Of a DNA stretch of 64,000 nt, positions 19,991 to 30,098 are shown piece after piece (the stretch's first letter is position 1; every line of letters starts with the position of its first letter). Under the pieces are notes generated by a model. That model had not been told where the DNA came from. It saw only the letters and a program-made list of their open reading frames with translations, and did not search any database. The DNA is from Planctomycetota bacterium (GTDB lineage Bacteria; Planctomycetota; UBA1135; UBA2386): the NCBI GenBank assembly GCA_965223545.1, contig OZ245006.1:6368001-6432000 (forward strand), read 5' to 3'. A program made the translations under genes and the position numbers.

Positions 19991-21250
19991 CTACGGCGTC
20001 GGCTGCTCGTGGCAGGCGCGCACGTAGTCGGTCAGCAGGTGCCACTGCAGATGCAGATCGTGCTGGTCGACCTCGAGGGGCGCCTTGAAGAAGCAGGACA
20101 GGTGCCGCATCGGCCCGCTCTCCCCCCGCCGCGCCGCGAGGTCGGCGAGCCGCACCATGTCGAGCACGATCGGTGCCGCCAGGATCGCGTCGCAGCCCTG
20201 CCAGGTGAACTGCATCGACATCTTGTAGCCGAGGAACCCCTGGAAGTGGATGAAGTCCCAGGCGGTCTTGAGGTCGTTCAGCGACGGCACGTAGTCGATG
20301 CCGACGTGGGTGTGCAGCGGATAGCCGAGGATCGTCGACAACAGCGCGTCCTTGCTCTCGACCTTGGCCTGCTTGTTCTCGGCGTTGGCGAGCACGACGC
20401 CGTCCCGGTCGCCGAGGATGTTGTAGCCCTGCCAGGACAGCACGCGCAGGTTGCGGTACTTGAACATCGGCGCGAGCGACGACTTGACCAGCGTCTCGCC
20501 GGTCTTGCCGTCGGCGCCCATGTAGGGCGCGCCGTTGGCCTCGAAACGGGCGCGCACCGCTGGCACCAACGCCGCGTTGGAGGGCGTGAAGTGCACGAAC
20601 GGCAGACCCAGCTCGGCGGCGGCCCACGCGTAGAGCAAGGACGGCCGCACCGCGCCGAGGCGGTTGCGTTCCAGCGCCTGCGCCAGCTTGGCCGCATCGC
20701 GGTGGGTGCCGGTGAGGCGCAGCTGGGGCTCGGTCGAGGTCAGGTTGACGCACACGCAGCGCCGCAGCCGGCGCCGCCGCATGAACCGCCGGATGTCGTC
20801 TTTCAGGCGGCCGACTTCGGCGCGCAGGTCGACCTGCCCCGGCGGCTCGGCTTCGGCGAGCTTGGTGATCGTGCGGCCGGCGTTGACCAGCGAGCCGAGC
20901 CGGATATCGCGGTCGACCTCGGTGAAGTCCCGGCGCAGCGCGCCGAGCATCGGATACGGGATCGTGCCGGTGGCTTCGTAGATCTCGCGGGCGGCGTCGG
21001 CCAGCGTGCCACCGCGCACCTCGTGCCCGCCGAAGACGAGGTCGCCCAAGCCGGCCAACTCGATGCCGTCGAACAGCGCCGTCTCGGTCAAGAGACCCGT
21101 GGGGTCGGCGAGGCCGCGCTGGATCGCGCGGGCGCCGGTGATCACGGTGGTGGCCAGACCACCGCGGGCGCCGAAGATCCAGACGCCGACGCGCTCGGCG
21201 GTGGAGCGGCGGCGAGCGCGTGCGGGGGAGCGGGGCTTTTTCTTGGCCAA
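19991..21250 (-). CDS. ino1: myo-inositol-1-phosphate synthase
   Basis: GARGGLATT, VNLTSTE, DGKTGETLVKS, NILGDRDG, DLKTAWD, GCDAILAAP, FFKAP. Confidence 0.92.
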   Translation of the reverse strand: MAKKKPRSPARARRRSTAERVGVWIFGARGGLATTVITGARAIQRGLADPTGLLTETALFDGIELAGLGDLVFGGHEVRGGTLADAAREIYEATGTIPYPMLGALRRDFTEVDRDIRLGSLVNAGRTITKLAEAEPPGQVDLRAEVGRLKDDIRRFMRRRRLRRCVCVNLTSTEPQLRLTGTHRDAAKLAQALERNRLGAVRPSLLYAWAAAELGLPFVHFTPSNAALVPAVRARFEANGAPYMGADGKTGETLVKSSLAPMFKYRNLRVLSWQGYNILGDRDGVVLANAENKQAKVESKDALLSTILGYPLHTHVGIDYVPSLNDLKTAWDFIHFQGFLGYKMSMQFTWQGCDAILAAPIVLDMVRLADLAARRGESGPMRHLSCFFKAPLEVDQHDLHLQWHLLTDYVRACHEQPTP

Positions 21251-21458
21251 GGAGGTCGCGGCGCGGCGGTCGGGGGGCGGTGCGGGAACGGCGCGGGCGC
21301 GGCCGGGTTCAGTCGGCAGCGCTTCGACCGGGCGGCGCGTCTTGCAGCAGCAGAGCCGCCGCGGGGGCCGCGGTCAAGGGAGCGGAATGGGCCGTCTCGC
21401 GCAGTTTCTCGCGGCTTGTCGAGGTCCGGCGGCGGGTCGCGGGGATACTCGGGCACCG

Positions 21459-22754
21459 ATGGGCTCTCGGTGCTGGTGGTGGTGGCTCTTGGCGGCCGCC
21501 GTGGTGGTGCTCGGCGTCGTCTTCGTGCGCAAGGGCACGACCAAGACCAGCGAGCTGCCGGTCTACACCCTCGGCGCCGAGCGCATGCTGGCGGGCGAGG
21601 AGGTCTATCGGGTGTCGGACGAGAAGCCGTTCACCTACCCGCCGTTCTTCGCCCTGCCCTTCGCGCCGCTCGGCCACGTGCCGCTGCACCCGCCGCGGCC
21701 GTGGAGCAAGATCCTCGCCTGGTTTGTGGTCAACGCGGCGCTGCTGGGCTGGATCCTCGGCGTCGTGCACCGGGCCCTGGCGGTGCCGCTGGCAGCCGCC
21801 GGTGGGTTGCGCCCGGTTTGGTTTTGGACCCTCACCCTGACGCTGGCGGCGCGGCACGTGTCGGCGACGCTCGAGAACCAGAGCCACGACTTGCTCGTCT
21901 TCGGCTTGGTCGTGGCGGCCGCCGTGGCCGCTGCGCGCGGCGCGCACACGCGCGCGGGCGCCTGGGTCGGCCTCGCCGCCGCGTGCAAGGCGACGCCGCT
22001 GCTGTTCGCGGTGGGCTGGGTGCTGCAGCGCCGCGGGCGCGCGCTGCTGGGGATGGTCGCGATGGGGGTGGTCGCCACCCTGTTGCCGGACTTGATCGCG
22101 CCGCGCGGCGACGGCCAGTGGTGGGTCGAGGCGTGGGCGCGCACCTTCCTCGGCGGGGTCAGCGCGGCCGGCACCGCAGCTGCCGAAGGCGCGTGGACCG
22201 CGGGTAGCGAGCTCAACCAGAGTCTGTCCGGCACCCTGCACCGCTTGGTCAGTCCGGTGGAGCCGAACCCGGCGCGGTTCGTCCGCGACGTCGCGCTGTT
22301 CGAGGCATCGCCGGGCCAGCGCGCCGCGGTGATCCTGATCGGCCGGCTGTTGGTGCTCGGCGCCGTCATCGCCGCGGTCTGGCGGCGGGTGGACGGGGCG
22401 CCGGCGCGGCTTGGCCAGGCCGGGGCGGTGGTCTGCGGCATGGTGCTGCTGTCGCCGATGAGCAGCAAGTCGCACTTCTGCGTGCTGCTGCTGCCGCTGG
22501 CCTACGCGGTGGCCGTCTGGGGCGGCGCCGGCCGGCGCGATCGCTGGCTCGCGTGCCTGTTGGTCTTTGTGTTCATCGCCGGTACCTGCACGGTCAAGGG
22601 CCTCGTCGGCCGCGCGCTCGGCGGGCAGCTGCTCGCCCTGGGGGCGGTGACCTGGACCGCGGTGGCGACCTTGGCGGCGACTCTGCGCGCGCTGCACCTC
22701 GAGCGCGTGGCGACTGGCACGGTTGAGCCCGCGGCGGCCGCCGCGGTAGGGTAG
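21459..22754 (+). CDS. GT-C glycosyltransferase family 87 (DUF2029-like)
   Basis: FTYPPFFA, NQ, CKATP, NQSL, LLSPMS..H, multiple TM helices. Confidence 0.8.
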   Translation: MGSRCWWWWLLAAAVVVLGVVFVRKGTTKTSELPVYTLGAERMLAGEEVYRVSDEKPFTYPPFFALPFAPLGHVPLHPPRPWSKILAWFVVNAALLGWILGVVHRALAVPLAAAGGLRPVWFWTLTLTLAARHVSATLENQSHDLLVFGLVVAAAVAAARGAHTRAGAWVGLAAACKATPLLFAVGWVLQRRGRALLGMVAMGVVATLLPDLIAPRGDGQWWVEAWARTFLGGVSAAGTAAAEGAWTAGSELNQSLSGTLHRLVSPVEPNPARFVRDVALFEASPGQRAAVILIGRLLVLGAVIAAVWRRVDGAPARLGQAGAVVCGMVLLSPMSSKSHFCVLLLPLAYAVAVWGGAGRRDRWLACLLVFVFIAGTCTVKGLVGRALGGQLLALGAVTWTAVATLAATLRALHLERVATGTVEPAAAAAVG

Positions 22755-22762
22755 GCGCCAGC

Positions 22763-23509
22763 ATGGCGGTGGGAGCGACTGCGGGCGGCGACCTCCGGTT
22801 CTCGCTGGTGGTGCCGATGTTCGACGAGCAGGACAACGTGGTGCCGCTGCTCGAGGAAGTGGCGTCGGTGTTGGGCGCGTCGGGCGGCTACGAGGTGCTG
22901 CTGGTCGACGACGGCTCGACCGACGAGACCGTGGCGCGCGCCCAGCGCTACAAGCGCGACAACGGTGCCGAGTGGCTGCGCATCCTGCGCATGGCCGCCA
23001 ACGGCGGGCAGAGTGCTGCGGTCCTCGCCGGGGTCGAGGCGTCGCGGGCGCCGCTGGTCGCGGCGATGGACGGCGATCTGCAGAACGATCCGCGCGACCT
23101 GTTGCCGATGCTCGAGCTGGTCGAGAGCGGGCGCCACGACGGCGTGACCGGCCTGCGCGCCGTGCGCCGCGACAGCTTCGTGCGGCGGGCGTCGTCGCGG
23201 GTGGGCAATGCCGTGCGCAACTGGCTGACCGGTGACTCGGTGCGCGACGCGGCCTGCGGCATCAAGGTGTTCCGGCGCGAGCTGTTCTTGTCGCTGCCGC
23301 GCTTCAACGGCATGCACCGGTTCATGGCGACGCTGGCGCGTCAGGCGGGGGCCGACGTGGTCGAGGTGCCCGTGCACCACCGGCACCGGCAAGCGGGCCA
23401 AGCCAAGTACGGGATCGGCAACCGCGCTCTGCGCGGGCTGGCTGATTGTCTCGCGGTGCGGTGGTATCGGAGCCGCCAGCTGCGCTACGCCGTGCGCGAC
23501 GAGGTTTAG
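22763..23509 (+). CDS. Polyprenol-phosphate glycosyltransferase (GT2, DPM1/ArnC-like)
   Basis: VVPMFDE, VDDGSTD, GQSAA, MDGDLQNDP, DAACGIK, FNGMHRF, KYG. Confidence 0.9.
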   Translation: MAVGATAGGDLRFSLVVPMFDEQDNVVPLLEEVASVLGASGGYEVLLVDDGSTDETVARAQRYKRDNGAEWLRILRMAANGGQSAAVLAGVEASRAPLVAAMDGDLQNDPRDLLPMLELVESGRHDGVTGLRAVRRDSFVRRASSRVGNAVRNWLTGDSVRDAACGIKVFRRELFLSLPRFNGMHRFMATLARQAGADVVEVPVHHRHRQAGQAKYGIGNRALRGLADCLAVRWYRSRQLRYAVRDEV

Positions 23510-23575
23510 CGGCGCGCCCGGCCGCAAAGCGGGGGATGGTGTAGCGTTGGCGGAGGCGCTTCGACCTCGTCTCCG

Positions 23576-25690
23576 ATGCATCTGCTCCTCGCTGCGATCG
23601 TTCCGGTTCTGGCCCAAATTCCGTTGAGCGAAAACAGTGGCGACACCTCCGTGCCGCCGACCGTGCGTGAGGTCATCACCGATGGGCACGGCGTCGGTGC
23701 GGTGGATGGGGTCTTGTGGGGCGTCGGACCGGGCTTCCGGGTGCGGCTTGCTGCGCCCGGCCCGCGCGTCGACGTGTTCAACGCCAAGGGCAGCGTATCG
23801 TTGTGGAGTCGGCTGCAGGCCGTCGAGCGAAGTGGCGCCGCCGGCCTGGCGCTGGGCGATGTCGCAGTGCGGCGGGTCGGGGACGCTGTGCACTACGAGC
23901 GCGGCGCGCTCGTCGAGCGCTACGTGGTTGGGCGTCGTGGCGTGGAGCAGAGCTTCGTGCTGTACGAGCGCCCCGCCGGGCGCGGTGATTTGATCGTGCG
24001 GTTGGAGCTGCGCAGCAGCGGTGAGCTCCGCGATGCCGGTGAAGAGCGCGGGCTGCGCTTCGGCGCCGGAACCGTCGAGGTCGAGTACGGCGCGATGACC
24101 GCGATCGATGCGCACGGTCGGCGGCACCCCGGGCGCGTCCGGTACCACGACGGCCAGCTCGAGCTGGTCGTCGCCGGCGCCTTCGTCGACGGGGCCGCGC
24201 TGCCGTTGCTGATCGATCCGCTGATCGGCCCGCCCATCACCCAGTCGACGAGTGTGGGCGACCGGGACCTCGACTTGGCCTACGACGAGACCAACGATCT
24301 GTACCTGTGCGTGTGGGAGCGGCCGGTCGGGTTCGATGAGGACATTCTCGCCGTGCGGTTTCGGCCGGATGGGCGCGCCGTCGGATCGACGATCCCGATC
24401 GACGTGGGTGTGAGCGTGGTGTCGAACCCGCGGGTCGCCAACGTCAACGGCGCCGACGCTTTTGTCGTCGGTCATTCGCGGGGAGTGCGCGCGGTCAGCG
24501 CAGCGACCGGTTTGGTCTCGGCGCGCGTAGGGCCACGCGCGGTGCAGGATGTCGGCGGCGATGCCCGTCCCAACGGCCACCGGGCGGTCGTCGTCTACTA
24601 CTCGGGCGCTGTCGTGGCGGATGAGTTCGACGTCGCGCCCCTGGGGTCGGCGCTGCTGTCGGTCGGGACGCTCACGCTCGGCGCGCCGTCTCGCTTCGGT
24701 GCGAATCTGCGTATCACTGCGCAGCCGGGTGCGGCGGGCCGGCACCTCGTCGTCTGGGAGGAGCCGTTGACGGCGTCGGTGTACGGCGCCTGGTTCGACC
24801 AGGCATCGCGGATTCTCGATGGTCCGAAGTTGATCGCCACAAACGCGTTGCGTCCGGTCGCCGCCGGGGATGGCGATCGTTGGCTGGTCGCCTACGACAT
24901 CACGCCGAGGGGCCCTCTCGACATCGCGTGCACGGTCGTCGACTGGGATGTCGGCAGCGGCTCCAGCATGATCGGTGCCGAAGTGCGACTGAGCAACTCG
25001 CTGCCCTACGAGCGGCTGATGGGAGCCGAATGGGCGGGCGAGTCGGTCGTCTTGAGCTATCAGCGGCAGTACAGCGTGCAGCGCGTCGATGGCTTGCTGG
25101 GCTCGATCGACCCAGCGCGGTGCGGCGATTGCGAGGGCGAGATGCCGCTCGAGGCGCCGCAGGCGTCGTGGGCGATCGAGGACCTCGCCTTCGCGACCAC
25201 GCACAGCGGTAGCTTGAATGCCGGCAGCGGCGGCTTGGCGGTGTGGCAGCGGCTCGACACGCAGTTCGGGCGCGCGACCACGACGGGCATCGCGCGCTTC
25301 GTCGCCGAGGACGGCGTGGTCACCGACCTCGGTGGCGGCTGTGGCCAGGGCGGGCGCGCCGTGGTGTCGTGCGCGCGTCGCGGCAACTCCTTGTTCGTCC
25401 ATCGGGCTCGGGATGCGGTTGCCTCGGCGCCCGCGCTCCTGCTCGTGGGCGCGCAGGGGCCGGGTCTGCCGTGTGGCCCGTGCGTGGTGGTGCCCAATCT
25501 CGCGGGCGCCATCGCGTTGCCGGCGCTGACCAGCGCGGTGGGCGCGGTCGACATCCCGACGCCGATCCCGGCCGCACCGGCGCTGATCGGCGCCGCCTTC
25601 GTCGACCAGTGGCTGACCCTGCCGCCGGCCGGCCAGTGCGCGCCGATCGGCTTCGACACGTCCAACGCCCTGCGCGTGGTGATCGAGTGA
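23576..25690 (+). CDS. Putative secreted protein, paralogue 1
   Basis: Short signal peptide; GVEQSFVL...LLIDP N-domain; beta-propeller-like repeats (YLCVWE, HLVVWE, WLVAYD, LAVWQ). Confidence 0.8.
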   Translation: MHLLLAAIVPVLAQIPLSENSGDTSVPPTVREVITDGHGVGAVDGVLWGVGPGFRVRLAAPGPRVDVFNAKGSVSLWSRLQAVERSGAAGLALGDVAVRRVGDAVHYERGALVERYVVGRRGVEQSFVLYERPAGRGDLIVRLELRSSGELRDAGEERGLRFGAGTVEVEYGAMTAIDAHGRRHPGRVRYHDGQLELVVAGAFVDGAALPLLIDPLIGPPITQSTSVGDRDLDLAYDETNDLYLCVWERPVGFDEDILAVRFRPDGRAVGSTIPIDVGVSVVSNPRVANVNGADAFVVGHSRGVRAVSAATGLVSARVGPRAVQDVGGDARPNGHRAVVVYYSGAVVADEFDVAPLGSALLSVGTLTLGAPSRFGANLRITAQPGAAGRHLVVWEEPLTASVYGAWFDQASRILDGPKLIATNALRPVAAGDGDRWLVAYDITPRGPLDIACTVVDWDVGSGSSMIGAEVRLSNSLPYERLMGAEWAGESVVLSYQRQYSVQRVDGLLGSIDPARCGDCEGEMPLEAPQASWAIEDLAFATTHSGSLNAGSGGLAVWQRLDTQFGRATTTGIARFVAEDGVVTDLGGGCGQGGRAVVSCARRGNSLFVHRARDAVASAPALLLVGAQGPGLPCGPCVVVPNLAGAIALPALTSAVGAVDIPTPIPAAPALIGAAFVDQWLTLPPAGQCAPIGFDTSNALRVVIE

Positions 25691-25818
25691 CCGCGCTCCC
25701 GGCTCACGCCACGTAGCGGCGGCGGCTGCCACGAAGCGCGACCAGGTCTCGGTCAGGACTCGGTCGCAAAAGAGAAGAGCTGTGTAGCGTTGGCAGCGAT
25801 GCTTCGACCTCGCCCCTG

Positions 25819-27924
25819 ATGCACCTGCTCCTCGCTGCGATCGTTCCGGCTGTGGCTCAAATCCCGCTGAGCGAAAACGATGGCGGCACCGCGGTGCCGC
25901 CGAGGGTGCGCGAAGCCATTGCCGAGGGCTATGGGGTCGGTGCGTTGGACGGGGTCCTTTGGGGCGTCGGACCGGGCTACCGCGTCCAGTTTGCCCCGGC
26001 CGGCCCGCGCATCGACGTGTTCAACGCCAAGGGCATCGTGCGGTTGTCGAGCCGGCTGCAGGCCGTCGAGCGCACCGGTGCCGCTGGCCTGCCGCTCGAC
26101 GGCGTGGCTGTGCGGCGGGTCGGGGACGCGGTGCACTACGAGCACGGCGCGGTGGTCGAGCGCTACGTGGTCGGGCGCCGGGGCGTGGAGCAGAGCTTCG
26201 TGCTGTACGAACGCCCGGCCGGCCGCGGCGATTTGGTGGTGCGGTTGGCACTGCGCAGCAGCGGTGAGCTTCGGGCCGCCGATGAGGAGCGCGGGTTGCG
26301 CTTCGGAGCCGGCGCGGTCGAGGTCGAGTACGGCGTGATGACGGCGATCGATGCGCGCGGGCGGCGGCACCCCGGCCGCGTGCGCTACCACGACGGCCAA
26401 CTGGAGCTCGTCGTCGCCGAGGCCTTCGTCGATGGCGCCGCGCTGCCGTTGCTGATCGATCCGCTGATCGGACCGCCGATCCTCCAGCCGACGACCATCG
26501 GCGACCGTCACCTCGACCTGGCCTACGACGAGACCCACGATCTCTACCTTTGCGTGTGGGCGCGGCCGATCGGGCGCGACGTCTTGGCGCTGCGATTCCG
26601 GCCTGACGGGCGGGCCGTGGGCTCGTCGATCCCGGTCGAGGTTGGGTGGGGGGTGGCTGTGAAACCGCGCGTCGCCAACGTCAACGGCGCCGATGCGTTC
26701 GTCATCGGGCATTCGTTCGGAGTGCGCGCGGTCAGTGCCGCGACCGGAGCGGTCTCGGCGCTCGTGTTCGTTGGGCAGGTGAGCGACGTCAGCGGCGATG
26801 CCCGTCCCAACGGCCGCCGGGCCATCGCGGTCTACGACTCGGGCGGCGTCTTTGCGGATGAGTTCGACATCGCGCCCCAAGGAGCTGCCGTGCTGCCGGT
26901 CGGGACGCTCGGAATCGGGCCGCCTGGCTTCATCACGAATCTGCGCGTCACCGCCCAGCCGGGTGCCGCGGGCCGGTACTTGGCGGTCTGGGAGGATCCG
27001 TTCGCAGCCTCGGTGTACGGGACCTGGTTCGACCAGGCATCGCGGATTCTTGATGGACCGAAGTTGATTGCAACAAACGCGTTGCGTCCGGTCGTCGCCG
27101 GGGACGGCGATCGCTGGCTGGTCGCCTACGACATCACACCGAGGGGGCCACGCGACATCGCGTGCAAGGTCATCGACTGGGACGTCGGCAGCGGCGCCAG
27201 CGTCATCGGTGCCGAGGTGCGCCTCACCAACTCGCCTCCGCCCGAGCAGCTGATGGGTGCCGAGTGGGCGGGCGAGTCGGTCGTGCTGAGCTATCACCGG
27301 CAGTACAGCGCGCAGCGCATCGATGGCCTGCTGGGCTCGGTCGACCCGGGGCGCTGTGGTGATTGCGAGGGCGAAATGCCGCTCGAGACGCCCCGGTCGA
27401 CCTACGCGATCGACCAACTCGCCTTCGCAACCACACACAGCGGCAGCCTCAAGGCGGGCACCGGCGGCCTGGCGATATGGCAGCGGACCGATACGCAGTT
27501 CGGTCGCGCGACCACGACGGGCATCGCGCGCTTCGTCGCCGAGGACGGCGTGGTCACCGACCTCGGTGGCGGCTGCGGCCTGGGCGGGCGCGCGGTCGTG
27601 TCGTGTGCGCGCCGCGGCAACTCGCTGTTCGTCCACCGGGCCCGGAACGCGGCTGCCTCGGTGCCCGCGCTCTTGCTCTTGGGCGCGCCGGGGCCGGGTC
27701 TGCCGTGTGGTCCATGCGTGGTGGTGCCCAGTCTCACGGGCGCGATCGCGCTGCCGGCGCTGACCAGCGCGGCGGGCGCGGTCGACATCCTGACGCCGAT
27801 CCCGGACGCATCGGCGCTGTTTGGCGCCGCGTTCGTCGACCAGTGGCTGACCCTGCCGCCGGCGGGCCAGTGCGCGCCGATCGGCTTCGACACGTCCAAC
27901 GCGCTGCGGGTGGTGATCGAGTGA
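25819..27924 (+). CDS. Putative secreted protein, paralogue 2
   Basis: Colinear with 23576-25690; identical C-terminal AAFVDQWLTLPPAGQCAPIGFDTSNALRVVIE. Confidence 0.8.
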   Translation: MHLLLAAIVPAVAQIPLSENDGGTAVPPRVREAIAEGYGVGALDGVLWGVGPGYRVQFAPAGPRIDVFNAKGIVRLSSRLQAVERTGAAGLPLDGVAVRRVGDAVHYEHGAVVERYVVGRRGVEQSFVLYERPAGRGDLVVRLALRSSGELRAADEERGLRFGAGAVEVEYGVMTAIDARGRRHPGRVRYHDGQLELVVAEAFVDGAALPLLIDPLIGPPILQPTTIGDRHLDLAYDETHDLYLCVWARPIGRDVLALRFRPDGRAVGSSIPVEVGWGVAVKPRVANVNGADAFVIGHSFGVRAVSAATGAVSALVFVGQVSDVSGDARPNGRRAIAVYDSGGVFADEFDIAPQGAAVLPVGTLGIGPPGFITNLRVTAQPGAAGRYLAVWEDPFAASVYGTWFDQASRILDGPKLIATNALRPVVAGDGDRWLVAYDITPRGPRDIACKVIDWDVGSGASVIGAEVRLTNSPPPEQLMGAEWAGESVVLSYHRQYSAQRIDGLLGSVDPGRCGDCEGEMPLETPRSTYAIDQLAFATTHSGSLKAGTGGLAIWQRTDTQFGRATTTGIARFVAEDGVVTDLGGGCGLGGRAVVSCARRGNSLFVHRARNAAASVPALLLLGAPGPGLPCGPCVVVPSLTGAIALPALTSAAGAVDILTPIPDASALFGAAFVDQWLTLPPAGQCAPIGFDTSNALRVVIE

Positions 27925-27937
27925 TCGCGCGCCTGGC

Positions 27938-28430
27938 TCACGCCGCGTAGCGGCGGCGGTAGAGCGCGGCCGCGGCGGCGTTGAGCACGACGCCGATCCC
28001 GATCAGGATCGCGATCGAGCCGGCGATGCCGTCGACGTCGGCGGTCGCCGCGAACGACTGCCCTCGAGCTGCTTGCGCGAGCGGCACGTCGTGGCGAACA
28101 GCACACCCAAGCCCACCGACCGCGAACACCAACCCGAGCGAGATCGCGACCAGCTCGAGCGCGTTCGGTGGCACTGGCACGTCGAACACCAGCCAGCCGT
28201 AGACGAACAGCGTCGCCAGCTGGACCAAGCCGCAGCGCGGTGACGATGTTGAGGCGACGCTTCATCCCGCCCGAGAAGGTCCCCACCCGCGCCGTCCGGC
28301 GGTCGGTCAGCCCGGCGACGTCCAGAGCCCGTCGACGCGGTCGGCGCGCCGGTCGCCGTCGACCTCTTACATGCGGGCGAAGAACTCGAGGTTCTCGGCC
28401 GCCGACAGGGCGTCGTACAGGGCGATCGCA
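27938..28430 (-). pseudogene. Collapsed remnant of ABC-2 exporter ATPase + permease
   Basis: Fragments in different frames: IALYDALSAAENLEFFARM*, VGTFSGGMKRRLNI (ABC signature), QLATLFVYGWLVFDV, SRKQLEG, permease-like TM tail. Confidence 0.8.
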
Positions 28431-28565
28431 TGACCCGGGCTCCATGCAGAGGACATCGCACGGTATTCGAGCTGGACGCGCAGCGCGATCCGTCCGGTGC
28501 TTGAACCTCGTCGACGAGCCGGTAGACGTCTGTGGTCGGCGCGCGGCCCGCGCCGGTGGTTCCCC

Positions 28566-30098
28566 ATGCGCTCGGTCTTCACCCTTCTCCTGCTCGCACT
28601 CGCTGCCGCTTGGCCCCGGCTCCAGCTCTCCGAGTGGCGCGGCACCGAGGCGCGCCGCGTGCAGATTGCGCAGGAGATGTTCGAGACCGGCGCTTGGATG
28701 GTGCCGACGCTGGGGCACGAGCCGACGCTGGCCAAACCACCGCTGCACTACTGGGTGCTGGCCGCGGCGATGTACCTCGGCGACGACCCCGCGCTGCTGC
28801 GTCTGCCGTCGGTGTTGGCGCTGTGGTTGTTGGCGGTCGCGGTGTTCGGTGCGCTCCGGCGCCACTACGGAGAGCTGTCGGCGTGGTTCGGTGCGGCCGG
28901 GCTGCTGCTGTCGCCGATGGTGTTGACGCACGTCCCCTCGGCCGAGATCGATCCCCTGTTCACCGCGTTGACCGGTCTGTCCGTGGTCTGGTTGGCGCGC
29001 GGCGTCAGTTTCGGCGGCGTCGGTTGGATCGTCGCGGGGGGCGCTTGCGGCGGTCTCGCTCTGCTGTGCAAGGGACCGCCCTACCTGATGTTCTTGCTCG
29101 GTCCGCTCCTGGTGTGGGGGCGTCGCTTGCGCCTGCGGGGCTGGCAGTGGTTCGTGCCACCGCTGCTGGTGGTTCCGCTGCCCTACTACGGTCCCTTGTT
29201 CCTGTGGCGCGTGCCCGTGGGTGAGTTCTTCGCGACTGCGCAGGAGGAGAGCGTGGGTCGCATGAGTCAGTTCGGCTGGACCGACCTGCTCGAGCTGCCC
29301 GTTTACTTCATCGGCGCCGTCTGCATGGTGATGCCGCTGGGGTGGTGGACCTTCCACGAGTTTCGCGGACAGCGTGAGATGCGCGAGACGGTGGTCGGCC
29401 GCGACGAGGCGTTTCTGCGCATGTGCGCGGCCGCGCTGGTCAGCGGTGCGCTGATCCTGGCGCTGTTTCCGGCGCGTCCGGGTCGCTATCTGCTGCCGGC
29501 GATCCCGCTGTATTGCGTCGGCGTGGCGGCGGCCGTGGCGAGCTATGCCCGCTATGGCGCGCATCCGAGCCGGGTCATGGTGCGCGTGGTCTGGGTGCTG
29601 GCCATCGCCGGCAGCCTGGGGCTGCTCGCGGCGCCGTGGATTCCCTTTCCGTTCGTCGAGCGGACTCCGCTGCTCTGTCTGGCGCTGGCGGTAGCGCCGA
29701 TGTGGGTGCGCTCGCGCCGCGCGGTCACCGCCTACGCCCTCGCCGTGCCGCTGCTGGCGGCTTGGACCGCACTGCTCGACTACGGCGGCCGCCAAGCGGT
29801 CGCGCCGCGCAGCCTGGAGCAGGCCGCGCGGGTGGTTGCCCGCGAGCTCGACGCGCTGGATGTCGAGCAGCTCGCGACCTACGGGCACGTGCCGTCGCAG
29901 ATCGTCCTGCGGTTGGGGGCGCGGCCGATTCCGCCCGGTGACGAGTACTTGCGCCGGCCCCCGACGGCGCGCTGGCTGTTGGTCGAGGACCCCGATCGCA
30001 CCGTCCAGTTCGACCCCGGGGACCCGGTCGGCTACGTCGACCGGCTCCGCGTGCGCCTCGCCGACAAGTCGATCGTGCTCAAGGAACGCGTCGAGTGA
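28566..30098 (+). CDS. ArnT/PMT-like GT-C glycosyltransferase
   Basis: EARR..IAQEM..G.W.VP, KPPLHYW, RLPS, LCKGP, RYLLPAIP. Confidence 0.87.
   Translation: MRSVFTLLLLALAAAWPRLQLSEWRGTEARRVQIAQEMFETGAWMVPTLGHEPTLAKPPLHYWVLAAAMYLGDDPALLRLPSVLALWLLAVAVFGALRRHYGELSAWFGAAGLLLSPMVLTHVPSAEIDPLFTALTGLSVVWLARGVSFGGVGWIVAGGACGGLALLCKGPPYLMFLLGPLLVWGRRLRLRGWQWFVPPLLVVPLPYYGPLFLWRVPVGEFFATAQEESVGRMSQFGWTDLLELPVYFIGAVCMVMPLGWWTFHEFRGQREMRETVVGRDEAFLRMCAAALVSGALILALFPARPGRYLLPAIPLYCVGVAAAVASYARYGAHPSRVMVRVVWVLAIAGSLGLLAAPWIPFPFVERTPLLCLALAVAPMWVRSRRAVTAYALAVPLLAAWTALLDYGGRQAVAPRSLEQAARVVARELDALDVEQLATYGHVPSQIVLRLGARPIPPGDEYLRRPPTARWLLVEDPDRTVQFDPGDPVGYVDRLRVRLADKSIVLKERVE

Larger units (their letters stand above)
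23520..27959 (+). repeat. Tandem duplication of ~2.2 kb (about 23520-25725 and 25761-27959)
   Basis: Similarity covers both CDSs, the upstream GTGTAGCGTTGGC..GCTTCGACCTCG and the downstream GGCTCACGCC.CGTAGCGGCGGCGG. Confidence 0.9.

Noticed and set aside
22502..29888. Long minus-strand ORFs (1076, 627 and 828 aa) and similar Arg/Ala/Pro-rich ORFs across the window
   Set aside because: Shadow frames expected in high-GC DNA, no motifs, overlapping well-supported genes.
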